Shown here: positions 9,546 through 19,403 of the stretch, piece after piece
Layout: each line of letters opens with the position of its first letter
Position numbering within the stretch: position 1 is the stretch's first letter
NCBI GenBank assembly: GCA_016928415.1
Contig: JAFGKU010000225.1
Location: 1-41,209 of the forward strand
DNA: 41,209 bases
Origin: Spirochaetales bacterium
GTDB taxonomy: Bacteria; Spirochaetota; Spirochaetia; SZUA-6; JAFGRV01
Direction of reading: 5' to 3'
Position numbers and translations under genes: made by a program
Notes under the pieces: generated by a model
Seen by the model: only the letters and a program-made list of their open reading frames with translations
Databases searched by the model: none
Told to the model about the DNA's origin: nothing

Positions 9546-9589
9546 ATTTTTACCAAAACAAACGGCCGGTCAGTGAAAACCGGCCGTTT
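9546..9589 (-). terminator. Rho-independent terminator on minus strand after the GH16 gene
   Basis: A perfect 10-bp stem (AAACGGCCGG 9560-9569, CCGGCCGTTT 9580-9589) with a 10-nt loop. On the minus strand it is followed by the T-rich run gtttgttttggtaaaa. This separates the GH16 3' end from the mla operon start at 9545. Confidence 0.65.
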
Positions 9590-9599
9590 GATGAATAAC

Positions 9600-11540
9600 T
9601 CAATCTTTTTCCCTGAGCCACACGTCGTCTATAACAACGGATGCCGGGTCACCGCCCACGCTGAAGGCAAAAGTGACCTTGCCCTTGGGCACCGTGGAAA
9701 GCTTCATATCAAAGGAATAATCTTTCATTTCCGTTCCCAGGGTTACCGGGACTCTTGAAATGACCTTCCTGGTTTCCTCTTCAATGATAACCACCTCGAT
9801 TTTTCTCTCAGCCGCCGCCCTCGCTTTAAACTTGGTTATATACTGTTTACCCGGGTAAACGGTCAATCCCGTCTGAACCACCTGTATGTCGCCGGCGGCC
9901 TTGCCGGGATTGTCTATTTTGACCGTCAGTTCCCTGTCTTTGAACGCGTTCCCCACGCTTTTTTCAGCCTTGGCATCCCCGGACGTATTGAGGTGCCAGA
10001 AGATCATCCTGTCGTCACCCTGGTCAAAGGTTGAATTGTAAATGTAATTCTTGTTGGGAAGAATCACCTTTTCCGCATCGGACAGGTCGAACGGACTTAT
10101 CACGACATTGTCGATATACACGGACGACTTGTGCAATCCGAAATTGAACTCCACCCTCGCCCTGTTATCCGTGGGATGGTTCATCTTGAAATAGATGTTA
10201 TGCGTTTCCCACTCCTTTCCGATATCCACATCGTTCATGCCTGAATAAGCCTGCCACTGGCCCCCGACCTGAGTCACCTTTACCATGATCGGCCGCGGGA
10301 AATCAGCCTTGGCGTCGAACCGGATCCGGTATACCACGCCTTTTTTCATGTACAGGGGCGGTTGAATCAGCTGAAGCGAATAGCTCTGGTTTCCAATACT
10401 GTTTATATTGACCTTGAATACACCGTTTTCCACGACATTCGTTCCGGAACCGCCGAATCCCGTCATGAACTGCCAGTAACCGTTCTCCTCGACTTCCTTG
10501 AGGTAGTCATCCGGCATGGCGCTGATCAACTCATATTTTTTAACCTGCTTCAGGTTGTCGAACGTACCATTGTAGATCATGTTGCCGTCCGGCCGCGGTT
10601 TGCGGAGCGGCTGTAACTTTTCCGCCTTTTCCGGTTCATCCGATTTTTCCTTTTTGGGTTTGCCGATGATAACCGGATATCCCGCTTTTTTCTGGTACAC
10701 ACGAACATAATCAATGAGCATTTGCTGGGGGAATTTTGTTTTGCTGTCGGGGTTACCGGGCCACTGGCCGCCCACGGCAAGATTCAACTTGAGAAAAAAG
10801 TCCTGGTCAAAAGGCGCGGGAAAGGTAAAATCCGCCGCATTGTCCTCTTCGCGGGCAAACCAGTCATTCTGCGTCAAATATAAATTCCCATCGACAAACC
10901 AGCGTATTTCTCCCGGTTCCCATTCCAGGGTAAAAACGTGGTAATCATCATTGAACGTTTTTTTCTTTTCCTTGGGCAGATGGTATTGGGTCCCCGTATA
11001 AACATGGGGAACCCCGTAATGGAGGGTCCCGTGAACGGTATACGGTTCATTCCCAATCATCTCCACCATGTCAAGCTCACCGCAGGAAGGCCAGCCGCCG
11101 TACTCCCTGTCCTTGTTAATACTCACCGGCATAAACCAGAAGGCGGGCCATATTCCCTGTCCTATGGGCATTTTGGCCTTGATCACGAATTTACCGTATT
11201 TCCACGCTTCCTTGCCCTCTGTAATCAACATGGCTGATGTATAGGCATGCCCTAAATGGAGTTCCTTCCGTGCTTCAAAAACAAGTTTGCCGCCTTCAAT
11301 ACGGGCGTTTTCCTTCCGCGACGTATAGTATTGCAGCTCTGAGTTACCAAAACCGCCGCCCGCATTGACCACATTCCATTTTGTCTGGTCGATATCCGGT
11401 CCGTCAAACTCGTCATTCCAGACAAGTTTATAAACGTCATCTTCCTTGACAAGTACATCATCCGCACTCTGACAGGAGTAAAAAACAAATGCAAGGGCCA
11501 GGCTAAGAATGAGCAATATGCCCCCTAATCTTTTTCTCAT
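9600..11540 (-). CDS. Glycoside hydrolase family 16 beta-glucanase (laminarinase-like) lipoprotein with two CBM4/9-like modules
   Basis: 646 aa. Lipobox LALAFVFYSC. GH16 catalytic motif GELDMVE within the usual beta-jelly-roll context (WPAFWFMP...EWEPGEIRWFVDG). Two C-terminal approx 130-aa repeats end in YIDNVVISP and VIDDVWL, typical of CBM_4_9. Confidence 0.85.
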   Translation of the reverse strand: MRKRLGGILLILSLALAFVFYSCQSADDVLVKEDDVYKLVWNDEFDGPDIDQTKWNVVNAGGGFGNSELQYYTSRKENARIEGGKLVFEARKELHLGHAYTSAMLITEGKEAWKYGKFVIKAKMPIGQGIWPAFWFMPVSINKDREYGGWPSCGELDMVEMIGNEPYTVHGTLHYGVPHVYTGTQYHLPKEKKKTFNDDYHVFTLEWEPGEIRWFVDGNLYLTQNDWFAREEDNAADFTFPAPFDQDFFLKLNLAVGGQWPGNPDSKTKFPQQMLIDYVRVYQKKAGYPVIIGKPKKEKSDEPEKAEKLQPLRKPRPDGNMIYNGTFDNLKQVKKYELISAMPDDYLKEVEENGYWQFMTGFGGSGTNVVENGVFKVNINSIGNQSYSLQLIQPPLYMKKGVVYRIRFDAKADFPRPIMVKVTQVGGQWQAYSGMNDVDIGKEWETHNIYFKMNHPTDNRARVEFNFGLHKSSVYIDNVVISPFDLSDAEKVILPNKNYIYNSTFDQGDDRMIFWHLNTSGDAKAEKSVGNAFKDRELTVKIDNPGKAAGDIQVVQTGLTVYPGKQYITKFKARAAAERKIEVVIIEEETRKVISRVPVTLGTEMKDYSFDMKLSTVPKGKVTFAFSVGGDPASVVIDDVWLREKD

Positions 11541-11719
11541 ATTTTCCTCTCCTTTTCCTTTCTTTAATTTAATGTTTTTCCGGCTTGTTGAACGTAATTC
11601 TCCTTTGAATCATAGCAAAAACCCTTTTTTGACCATCAGGTCCGTCAGGGCCGCCGTTATTAATGAACATGTCTTTAAAAAATATAATAATATTTTATCA
11701 ATCAAATTACAAGGGCTCA

Positions 11720-11747
11720 ATAATTCTCAATTTACATTGAGAATTAT
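11720..11747. promoter_or_regulatory. Perfect 12-bp inverted repeat ATAATTCTCAAT-ttac-ATTGAGAATTAT (candidate operator)
   Basis: Read directly. Centred about 193 bp from both divergent starts (GH16 at 11540, MetRS-like at 11927). Confidence 0.4.
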
Positions 11748-11856
11748 CCGTAAAAGCTTAAAAGACTCATATTAAGTGCCTGGTTTTTTATCAGAACCGG
11801 AATAAACGAAAACCGGTAAAAAATCCCTGAATATTGCTGTATTCAATTCAAATAAT

Positions 11857-11878
11857 TTGATAAGGTAATGATTATCAA
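11857..11878. promoter_or_regulatory. Inverted repeat TTGATAA-N8-TTATCAA about 50 nt upstream of the MetRS-like start
   Basis: Read directly. It may overlap the promoter -35 (TTGATA). Confidence 0.25.
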
Positions 11879-11926
11879 AAAAAAATAGGTACATTCCATT
11901 GAACATAGAGGGAGGAGACACTTTAA

Positions 11927-13930
11927 ATGAACGGTGAAGCAAATAAAACAAGCATTGATTCCCGGCCCGTATTTCCCAAAAGGGCCGTGATAACGGGGGG
12001 CATGCCCTACGGAAATAAAGACCTGCATTTCGGGCACATCGGCGGTATATTCGTTCACGCGGACATTTTTGCACGTTTCCTGAGGGACAGGATCGGAAAG
12101 GATAACGTCATTTTTGTTTCCGGTACGGACTGTTACGGTTCGCCCATTGTCGAGTATTTCAGGAAGGCAAAGGATTCAGGGGAATTTGACGGTGACATCA
12201 CGGAATTCGTCCGGTTCAATCATGAACGCCAGAAGGAGGTGCTTGATTCGTATCACATCAGCCTGAACCTGTTCGGCACATCGAGCTTCGGGCCCTCGTC
12301 TGAAATTCACGGAGAAATGTGCTCCGGATTTTTACGGGAACTCTATGAAAACGGCCACCTCGTTAAATTGACGACACCCCAATTCTACGATCCCGAGAGG
12401 GAAGTATTCCTCAACGGCCGCCAGGTAACCGGCAGGTGCCCCATCCCGGGATGCTCTTCGGAAAAGGGGTATGCGGACGAGTGTGACCTGGGCCATCAAT
12501 ACATGCCGCAGGACCTGATTGCTCCCAAAAGCACGCTGACAGGTGAAAAACCGGAAATGAGGGATGTATCAAACTGGTACCTCAAACTTCCCGCCTTCCA
12601 GAAATTACTTGAAAAATGGGTTGCTAAAGCGGAGAATATTCCCGGTTCGCGGCTTTTCATGGTCAAAAGCATCAAGGAATTTCTCGATAAACCCACAATC
12701 CATATAAAGCAGGACCTGCTTGAACAGGTAACTGAACTGAAAGACAAGCTGCCGGCACATACACGGGAAGAGGGTATGAGTAAATCATTCAAGCTCGTGT
12801 TTGAAACCCTGGAACAGAGGGAAGAAGCCTGCCGGATTCTTGCGGAAAACTCGATTTTTTACCGGAATGGAAAAACCCTTACCCCCTTCAGATTAACGGG
12901 TAATATCGAATGGGGGCTCCCGGCACCCGACATGGAAGACCTCAAGGGGCTTACCTTCTGGGTCTGGCCGGAATCGCTGTGGGCACCCATCTCGTTCACC
13001 GCCACTTACCTCGAACAGCAGGGAAAGAACAGGAACGGCTGGAAGGACTGGTGGTGCTCCGGGGACTCGCAGGTCTATCAAATTCTCGGTGAAGACAATG
13101 TTTATTTTTACGGACCGGCGGAAATGGCGATGTTCATGGGCTCCCAGGGCAAGGACCCCGTTGCCAATCCCCCTGAAGGCCGGCTTCAGCTTCCGGAACT
13201 GATCGTCAACAATCATCTCCTTTTTCTCAGGAAAAAGGCGAGCAGTTCAGGCGAGGTTAAGCCGCCGATGGCCCGTGAATTCCTGGAATTTTATACTTCC
13301 GATCAGCTGCGCGCCCATTTTATCAGCCTGGGTCTGGCCATCCGCAGCATCGATTTCAAACCAAAACCGTTTAACCCCGCGGCGGATGAAAGGGATGCCG
13401 ACCCTGTCCTCAAGGAAGGGAATCTTTTATGCAATGTTTTCAACAGGGCCGTCCGCTCCTGTTTTTATACGGCGCAAAAATACGCTGACGGCAAAATACC
13501 GGTCGGAACAGTTAGCAAGGAAATAATCGATGAAGCAAAGAAAGTAATCCTTGAATTCGAGTCGACAATGTACAGGCATGAATTTCACCTGGCCATGACG
13601 GTCGCGGACAATTACATCCGCGGTATAAACAAGTTCTGGGATAAAAACATAAAGGCCGCCGGCAAGGAATACAATGAGGCCATGAAACAGACGCTTGTCG
13701 ACACATTTCACATGGTGCGCGTGGCGGCGGTGCTCATGCATCCCATCGCTCCCACGGGTACGGAGATGATAAGGGAGTACCTGAATCTTGGAGAGGAATT
13801 CTGGGACTGGGACAGGATCTTTGATCCTTTATATTCGTTTATGGAAAATCCGGAACAACATGAATTGAAATTTCTCGAACCGAGGGTGGACTTTTTCGAA
13901 AAACATCCCAGCCAGGTTTCGTACAAGTAA
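11927..13930 (+). CDS. metG: Methionyl-tRNA synthetase-like class I aaRS (degenerate KMSKS)
   Basis: 667 aa with a strong SD (gagggaggag). HIGH motif [14 protein letters not shown]. MetRS-type zinc knuckle CPIPGC...DECDLGH in the connective peptide. Anticodon-binding [10 protein letters not shown]. The KMSKS position reads RKKASSSG. Confidence 0.7.
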   Translation: [667 protein letters not shown]

Positions 13931-13945
13931 TAAAATTTGTGTTAA

Positions 13946-15085
13946 TTACTCGCCCAGTTCGGTGCCGAACAGGAATTGCGTTTCCAGCATGATGAAAAAA
14001 TCCTTCTCACGTCCCCAGCCGAAAATATCATTACTATCGCCCGCCATCGCCCCGGCATAAAAATTGAACGTCAACCCCTGGTACGGATTCCATCCCGCGC
14101 CGCCGAAAATCATTGCGCTCGCATCGCAGGGCGAAATGAGGGAACGGAGCTGAAGGCTCAGGGACGAATCAATGGCGAAAGTAATATCGGGGAAGAGATA
14201 CAATGCATACGAGGGCATGGCTGGAAATGCCGGCGGACTCGGGTCCTCCTCCCAACGCTGAAAAGGTTTTATTGCCGATTCAAGCCGCAGGGTCAGGCTG
14301 GAATCCGAACCGAGGCCGAACTGGGAAAAAAGGCCGAAGGAAACACCGAGACTCTGCTTGATCAATTCCGGGTCCGCATTGTCCTGGTTGATGGCACAGC
14401 TCGCTGATAAGTTCCAGTCGACAAGCAGGTTTCCCTGGAGGCTGACAAAGGCGTTATGCGATCTAAGCGCCCCCTTGTACAGGTAGCCAAATTCCAGCTT
14501 GGTCCTGGCAATGTCAAACTGGAACCTCCCCCCTGCCTCCGTGCTCCCGATATCGACCGACGCTGGCATATAAAATTCAGAGCTTGGAGACGGATCCATA
14601 TCTACCATCACCGGCTTGGGCAGGTACACTGTCTCGAAATAGGAAAACCGGCCTAATGGAAAGTAAAGGACGGCCATGTAGTCCGTTTCAATGCGAAGGT
14701 CCCCTGTACTTATTGCGGACGGAAAGGAAAGCCCGTCAAAAATAAGATCTCCGGCGTTGAAGAGGAACCCCTCCCCCCAGCTGACACGTGTTTTCCCCAT
14801 CGTCAGCCTGAAAACCGGAAAACGGGCCTTGAAATACGCCTTGGTGATGTTCAGTAACAACTGGTCTGAAACGGTCGCCTCCAGTTCCAGTTCCGCCTTG
14901 ACATTCCTGTTGCCCGCTGATTTGAAATTCAGGACCGAATCAACGTAATTCATTACGCCGACCGTATCGTTCAATTCATGCGTGAATAAAAGGGAATCGG
15001 ACAATTTAATCAATGTTAAAATTTCACCGTGTAACGGCAGGGCCAGCAGAACAAGGATGGCCCAAACGAGCCATTTTTTTACCAT
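13946..15085 (-). CDS. Hypothetical secreted protein, probable outer-membrane beta-barrel
   Basis: 379 aa with a signal peptide. Alternating amphipathic beta-strand-like segments are rich in G/S/F/Y/L and the C-terminus is aromatic (LFGTELGE). It is the last gene of the Lol-like operon. Confidence 0.4.
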   Translation of the reverse strand: MVKKWLVWAILVLLALPLHGEILTLIKLSDSLLFTHELNDTVGVMNYVDSVLNFKSAGNRNVKAELELEATVSDQLLLNITKAYFKARFPVFRLTMGKTRVSWGEGFLFNAGDLIFDGLSFPSAISTGDLRIETDYMAVLYFPLGRFSYFETVYLPKPVMVDMDPSPSSEFYMPASVDIGSTEAGGRFQFDIARTKLEFGYLYKGALRSHNAFVSLQGNLLVDWNLSASCAINQDNADPELIKQSLGVSFGLFSQFGLGSDSSLTLRLESAIKPFQRWEEDPSPPAFPAMPSYALYLFPDITFAIDSSLSLQLRSLISPCDASAMIFGGAGWNPYQGLTFNFYAGAMAGDSNDIFGWGREKDFFIMLETQFLFGTELGE

Positions 15086-15810
15086 GACAGTTCCTCCAGC
15101 GAGAAGACCGAATCGGGGATATCCATGTCCACTTTCAGGTTCTTGATGATAAATACCGTCTTATTGTTTTTCTTGAGCGGGTCACGCATTTCCATATAGG
15201 TGGGTACGCTTTTGCCGGATACGACCTTGATTTCCCTGACGAACATCTCTTTGAGCATCTTGCCCGATCCGGCGAACATTTCCGCCTTCCTGTAAGCGAA
15301 AAGCTTTTTGTCCACCCACAAAATCTGCTTGGGGTACACGACATCCCTGCTTTTCGCCGTGGCCACCACCTTGTAGCACGGGAATCCGTCAATATCCTCT
15401 TCGCCTTCAAGGACGGCCCTGTATTTGTTTTCAAACTTGTTTTCCTTGGTCAGGTCCTCGTAGGAAAAATCCGAACCCATGACGCTGTCTTTCAGCGATT
15501 CACCCTGCAGATGGATTATTTCTTCCGCATCGGGAAAATAGAGATAGATTTCATCTTCGAGCCTCAGTATTTTCTGCCCCTTTTCCTCTATGTTCGTGAA
15601 TTCGAGCATCATGTCGCCCTTTGCGGACTTGGTGTAGTTGAAACTCTTTGTTTTCGTTCCAAGGCTGTCCGTAATCTGAATGGTGCAGGAAGCCTCCATG
15701 CTTCCCTCGTTCTGTTCAAGCCTTTTAATGATTTCATCCGCCGTAATGGCCGACAGTCCCTCCAACGCCAATAAAGTCATCATGGTTATCAAAAATATCT
15801 TCTTTAACAT
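15079..15810 (-). CDS. LolA-like outer-membrane lipoprotein-sorting protein
   Basis: 243 aa with a signal peptide. The size and pattern resemble the 'outer membrane lipoprotein-sorting protein' family that accompanies FtsX permease/ABC pairs. The call rests on context plus fold-like pattern only. Confidence 0.5.
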   Translation of the reverse strand: MLKKIFLITMMTLLALEGLSAITADEIIKRLEQNEGSMEASCTIQITDSLGTKTKSFNYTKSAKGDMMLEFTNIEEKGQKILRLEDEIYLYFPDAEEIIHLQGESLKDSVMGSDFSYEDLTKENKFENKYRAVLEGEEDIDGFPCYKVVATAKSRDVVYPKQILWVDKKLFAYRKAEMFAGSGKMLKEMFVREIKVVSGKSVPTYMEMRDPLKKNNKTVFIIKNLKVDMDIPDSVFSLEELSW

Positions 15811-15826
15811 ATTAACCTCCTTATCG

Positions 15827-17425
15827 TTATATTGCCCTCAGGGCCTTGACCGGTTCAATTTTCGCCGCACGCCTGGAAGGTATAAACGATGCAAAAGATG
15901 CCACCGAAACGGAATACACAAAAATGAAAACCAACAGCAGGGGATTGATACTCGGATAAATGATCGGTGCCATGGGGAAATCAAGCTGATTCATGTACTC
16001 GGTGAAGTTAATGCCGGTATGATTGAGGATCAGCACGACGATAAATCCGATGACCACACCGATAAAGGACGCGATGACGCTTATGAAAAACGACTCTAAA
16101 AAAAACATTCGGACAATTTCACTTCCCGTCATACCCATGGCCGAAACGGTCCCTATCTCGCGCATTCTTTCATAAATTACCATCATCGTGGTATTGATGA
16201 TGACGGTTGTACCGAGCAGGAAGAAAAAAAGCGCTATGAAGGCGTACGCAACGTCGGCGTACTGGATATAAAAAGCGAAATTATCAATTTCCTCCCAGCT
16301 TTTCACCGTCAATCCGGTAAAGCCGGCGTCCTGAATTTTACCGGACACCGAGGTAATAGTGGGGGCCAGTTTATCGAGGTTTTTGGTCATCACCAGCATT
16401 TCGATGACCCTGTCATCCATTTTCAGGAAATTTTGCGCCGTATCCAGGGGGATGAAAAAAAATTTAGTGTTGTACGTGCTGATGGCCAACCTGACTATAC
16501 CCTTTATACGGAACGTGGCGGCGTTCAATCCTCCCGGTGTGCTCACCGTCAGGGTGAGCTTATCACCTACGGTGAGGTTCAACTGGTCGGCAAGCCCGGC
16601 GGGAAGTACGACCTCCCTTGCCTGTGCGTTCATGGCGGGCAGTTCACCGTCAATCAGCGCCTTGTCCAGCTCATAGAATGATTTTTCCCGTACAAAATCA
16701 CATCCCACTCCCATAACGGGAATGAGTTTCCCGCCTCTCAGGTTGGGTTTAACCAGGCCGGCCATGGCGGAATCCAGCAGTTCCCTGTTATACGAGATCC
16801 TGTTCTCGAAGCGGACATCCTCGACGGCGTATTTTTTCACCTCATCCGGAAGGGTAATGCCGGCAAACCGTTCGGGGGAATAGATCACCTTGAACGTCAA
16901 AACCCTGTTCAACGCGTCCATAAGCGTAACAAGCTTTTGTTTATCAAAGCTGCCGTCACCGGATAAACCTTCGAGGGCCCGCTTCCCCGGTCCGGGAAGA
17001 TTCTCTCTTAAGAAAGCGGGCAGAGGCTCATTGGAATCTTTCAGCTGAGAAATGAATTCCGGCATGTCTTTAATGTCTTTTTGGGAAAGGGTCGGGGAAC
17101 CGTAGATGACATTCGGGAAAGGGATGCGGGGCGCGACAGCCCTGATATTTTCATCATTGATCAACAGCGTATCCAGCTTGCCTGCATTACTGATCGTGTA
17201 TTCCAGGGGATTCAATTGTTCGTTAGCATCGTATTGTGAATTCCGGATGCGGAAGTGTCCGAGCATCAGTTTAAAAACATTGTTTTTGAGGTCCGACATC
17301 ATGCCGTTCTCCATGGAAAACATGAATGTTATAACCATGGCCACGATCGCAATGGCAAAACCCGATAAAATACTCCTTCTTTTATTTCTTGATATGTTTC
17401 TTAATCCAATTACCGAAAGCTTCAT
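15827..17425 (-). CDS. ABC transporter permease, FtsX/MacB/LolC-like
   Basis: 532 aa. An N-terminal TM helix (RRSILSGFAIAIVAMVITFMF) is followed by a large periplasmic domain and a C-terminal FtsX 3-TM bundle. Confidence 0.8.
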   Translation of the reverse strand: MKLSVIGLRNISRNKRRSILSGFAIAIVAMVITFMFSMENGMMSDLKNNVFKLMLGHFRIRNSQYDANEQLNPLEYTISNAGKLDTLLINDENIRAVAPRIPFPNVIYGSPTLSQKDIKDMPEFISQLKDSNEPLPAFLRENLPGPGKRALEGLSGDGSFDKQKLVTLMDALNRVLTFKVIYSPERFAGITLPDEVKKYAVEDVRFENRISYNRELLDSAMAGLVKPNLRGGKLIPVMGVGCDFVREKSFYELDKALIDGELPAMNAQAREVVLPAGLADQLNLTVGDKLTLTVSTPGGLNAATFRIKGIVRLAISTYNTKFFFIPLDTAQNFLKMDDRVIEMLVMTKNLDKLAPTITSVSGKIQDAGFTGLTVKSWEEIDNFAFYIQYADVAYAFIALFFFLLGTTVIINTTMMVIYERMREIGTVSAMGMTGSEIVRMFFLESFFISVIASFIGVVIGFIVVLILNHTGINFTEYMNQLDFPMAPIIYPSINPLLLVFIFVYSVSVASFASFIPSRRAAKIEPVKALRAI

Positions 17426-17438
17426 AAAACCCCTCCTT

Positions 17439-18722
17439 TCACTGGTACCGCAGGCATTCGGTCACTTCCATTTTCAGTGCCCGTGATGACGGGAGGAAAG
17501 AAATGATAATGGAAGATATAATCCCAAGTAAAAAAGCCGTGACCATGGTCTGCGGATTCCAGGTGGCCCGGAATACCCCGTAAATCCGGTAGCCGAAATC
17601 CATGCTCCCCATCAACTCCGTAAAATCCAGACCGTAGGTGACCATGAAATAATTCAGCACGGCTCCGATAGCCAGGCCCACCACGGAACCGATTAATCCT
17701 ATACCGGCCGATTCAAATAAAAATGCCAGGCGTATGGAAGAATCCTTCATGCCGAGGGCACGCATCATCCCTATCTCCCGTATCCTTTCAAAAACAGCCA
17801 TGAGCAGCGTATTGGAGATTCCGACGGCCGCTATAACGAAAATGAGAAAAAGAAAAATATTCAGGAACTTTGACTTGCCTTCCATGATATTGGGATTTCC
17901 CGAAAGGTTTTTCCAATCCATAACCGTTAAATCATCCTTCGTATTTGCAAAAAGCGCCGCAACACCTTTAATCCGTTCATTCACATCCTCCCAGGGAGGA
18001 AAAAGCATGGCAATCTCCGTGACAGAACCGTTCATCTCCAGTACCGAAGAAGCAATATCCAGGGGAATCATACCAATGGCCTTGTTGATGACGGGATTCG
18101 GCGTATTATAAACGGCGACAACTTTCACCGTGAGTGTCTGGTAGGCCCCCAAACGTGTCCGGAATTTCAGCTCCGCTTCCGGCCTTGTTCCCGTTTCAGA
18201 ATCGGCGGTTATAAACGCGTCTAAATCTATTCCGAGATTTTCAGCAAGATCCCGGCCTATCATGATTTCATCCCGGTTAGCCCGGAGATAGCGGCTGGAG
18301 GGCAGAAGGACCTTTTCGTCCTTAAAATTAAAAACGGCATTGTCCGTCTCCGGATTGATACCAATGCACTTGATTTGTTTGGACACATCCCCAAAATACA
18401 CCTCGGCTGAAAACGTGATCCTCTTGGTAGCCGGTATATTATTTTCCTTAAGAACTTCAAGCATCGAGTCAGGATGATTCAGTGTGAATCTTAGAGGGAG
18501 AAAATCCCTTTCATCCCAGTATGTCCTGTCCATTATTTGCGCCGAACCCGTTTCATACTGGATCGTGTTCCGTTCCGATTCTTTTTCAATGCCTTTCATC
18601 CACCCGTCAATCCAGATAAAAAAGGCAATACCGACGGCAATGGCGATGGAGGTAATGATGGTTCTCCGCGTGTACCGGAAAAGATTTTTAAAGGCAAGGC
18701 TTATGATAAATCCTTTACGCAT
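17439..18722 (-). CDS. ABC transporter permease, FtsX/MacB/LolE-like
   Basis: 427 aa with the same architecture as its neighbour. It ends in the FtsX C-terminal module (LLMAVFERIREIGMMRALGMKDSSI...). Confidence 0.8.
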   Translation of the reverse strand: MRKGFIISLAFKNLFRYTRRTIITSIAIAVGIAFFIWIDGWMKGIEKESERNTIQYETGSAQIMDRTYWDERDFLPLRFTLNHPDSMLEVLKENNIPATKRITFSAEVYFGDVSKQIKCIGINPETDNAVFNFKDEKVLLPSSRYLRANRDEIMIGRDLAENLGIDLDAFITADSETGTRPEAELKFRTRLGAYQTLTVKVVAVYNTPNPVINKAIGMIPLDIASSVLEMNGSVTEIAMLFPPWEDVNERIKGVAALFANTKDDLTVMDWKNLSGNPNIMEGKSKFLNIFLFLIFVIAAVGISNTLLMAVFERIREIGMMRALGMKDSSIRLAFLFESAGIGLIGSVVGLAIGAVLNYFMVTYGLDFTELMGSMDFGYRIYGVFRATWNPQTMVTAFLLGIISSIIISFLPSSRALKMEVTECLRYQ

Positions 18723-18725
18723 GGT

Positions 18726-19403
18726 TTACCTCCTTTCATCTTTTGTTACCAGACCGTCATGGAGCAAAACAAGACGCTTGGCATGATCCATGACCATTTT
18801 ATCATGCGTGGAAAAAACAAAGGTCGTTTGATGCTTCCGGTTCAGGTTTTCCATCAATTTTAATATTTCCTCACCCGTGACGGAGTCGAGGTTGGCCGTC
18901 GGTTCATCCGCCAGCACCAGGTCGGGGTCCTTCACCAGGGCACGGGCTATGGCAACCCTCTGCTGCTGGCCGCCGGAAAGCTCCCTGGGAAACCGGTGTT
19001 CCATGCCTTCCAGACCCACTTCCTTCAGTATTTTCATAGTACGGTCCTTTAATTCCGAACCGTTCATGCTGAGCAGGGCAAGGGTAAACGACACATTTTC
19101 AAAAGCCGTGAGAACGGGTATCAGGTTGAAAGTCTGGAATACAAATCCCAGCTTCTGCCGGCGGAAAAGGGCAAGTTCATTTTTACTTTTCTCCCCGACG
19201 TTTTCACCTGAAATGAAAATATCGCCGGACGTGGATTTATCCAGGCACCCGATCAAATTGAGCAGGGTTGTTTTTCCCGAACCGGAAGGACCGGCAATGG
19301 ACAGGAATTCCCCCTTGTCGATAAACAGGTCCACACCCCTCAGTGCCTCCACTTTTTGATCTCCCGTTATATAAGTCTTGGTTACCTTTTCAATCTTTAT
19401 CAT
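18726..19403 (-). CDS. ABC transporter ATP-binding protein (LolD/MacB-type)
   Basis: The start is reassigned to ATG 19403 (MIKIEKVTKTY), which has a GGAGGAG SD. The track's longer ORF adds an Arg-rich, non-ABC N-terminus. Walker A GPSGSGKTT, signature LSGGQQQRVAIARAL, Walker B LVLADEPTANLD. Confidence 0.85.
   Translation of the reverse strand: MIKIEKVTKTYITGDQKVEALRGVDLFIDKGEFLSIAGPSGSGKTTLLNLIGCLDKSTSGDIFISGENVGEKSKNELALFRRQKLGFVFQTFNLIPVLTAFENVSFTLALLSMNGSELKDRTMKILKEVGLEGMEHRFPRELSGGQQQRVAIARALVKDPDLVLADEPTANLDSVTGEEILKLMENLNRKHQTTFVFSTHDKMVMDHAKRLVLLHDGLVTKDERR

Noticed and set aside
11541-11926. T-box or other leader riboswitch upstream of the MetRS-like gene
   Set aside because: No AGGGTGGNACCGCG-type T-box core or specifier/antiterminator arrangement is visible. 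Only simple inverted repeats are present.
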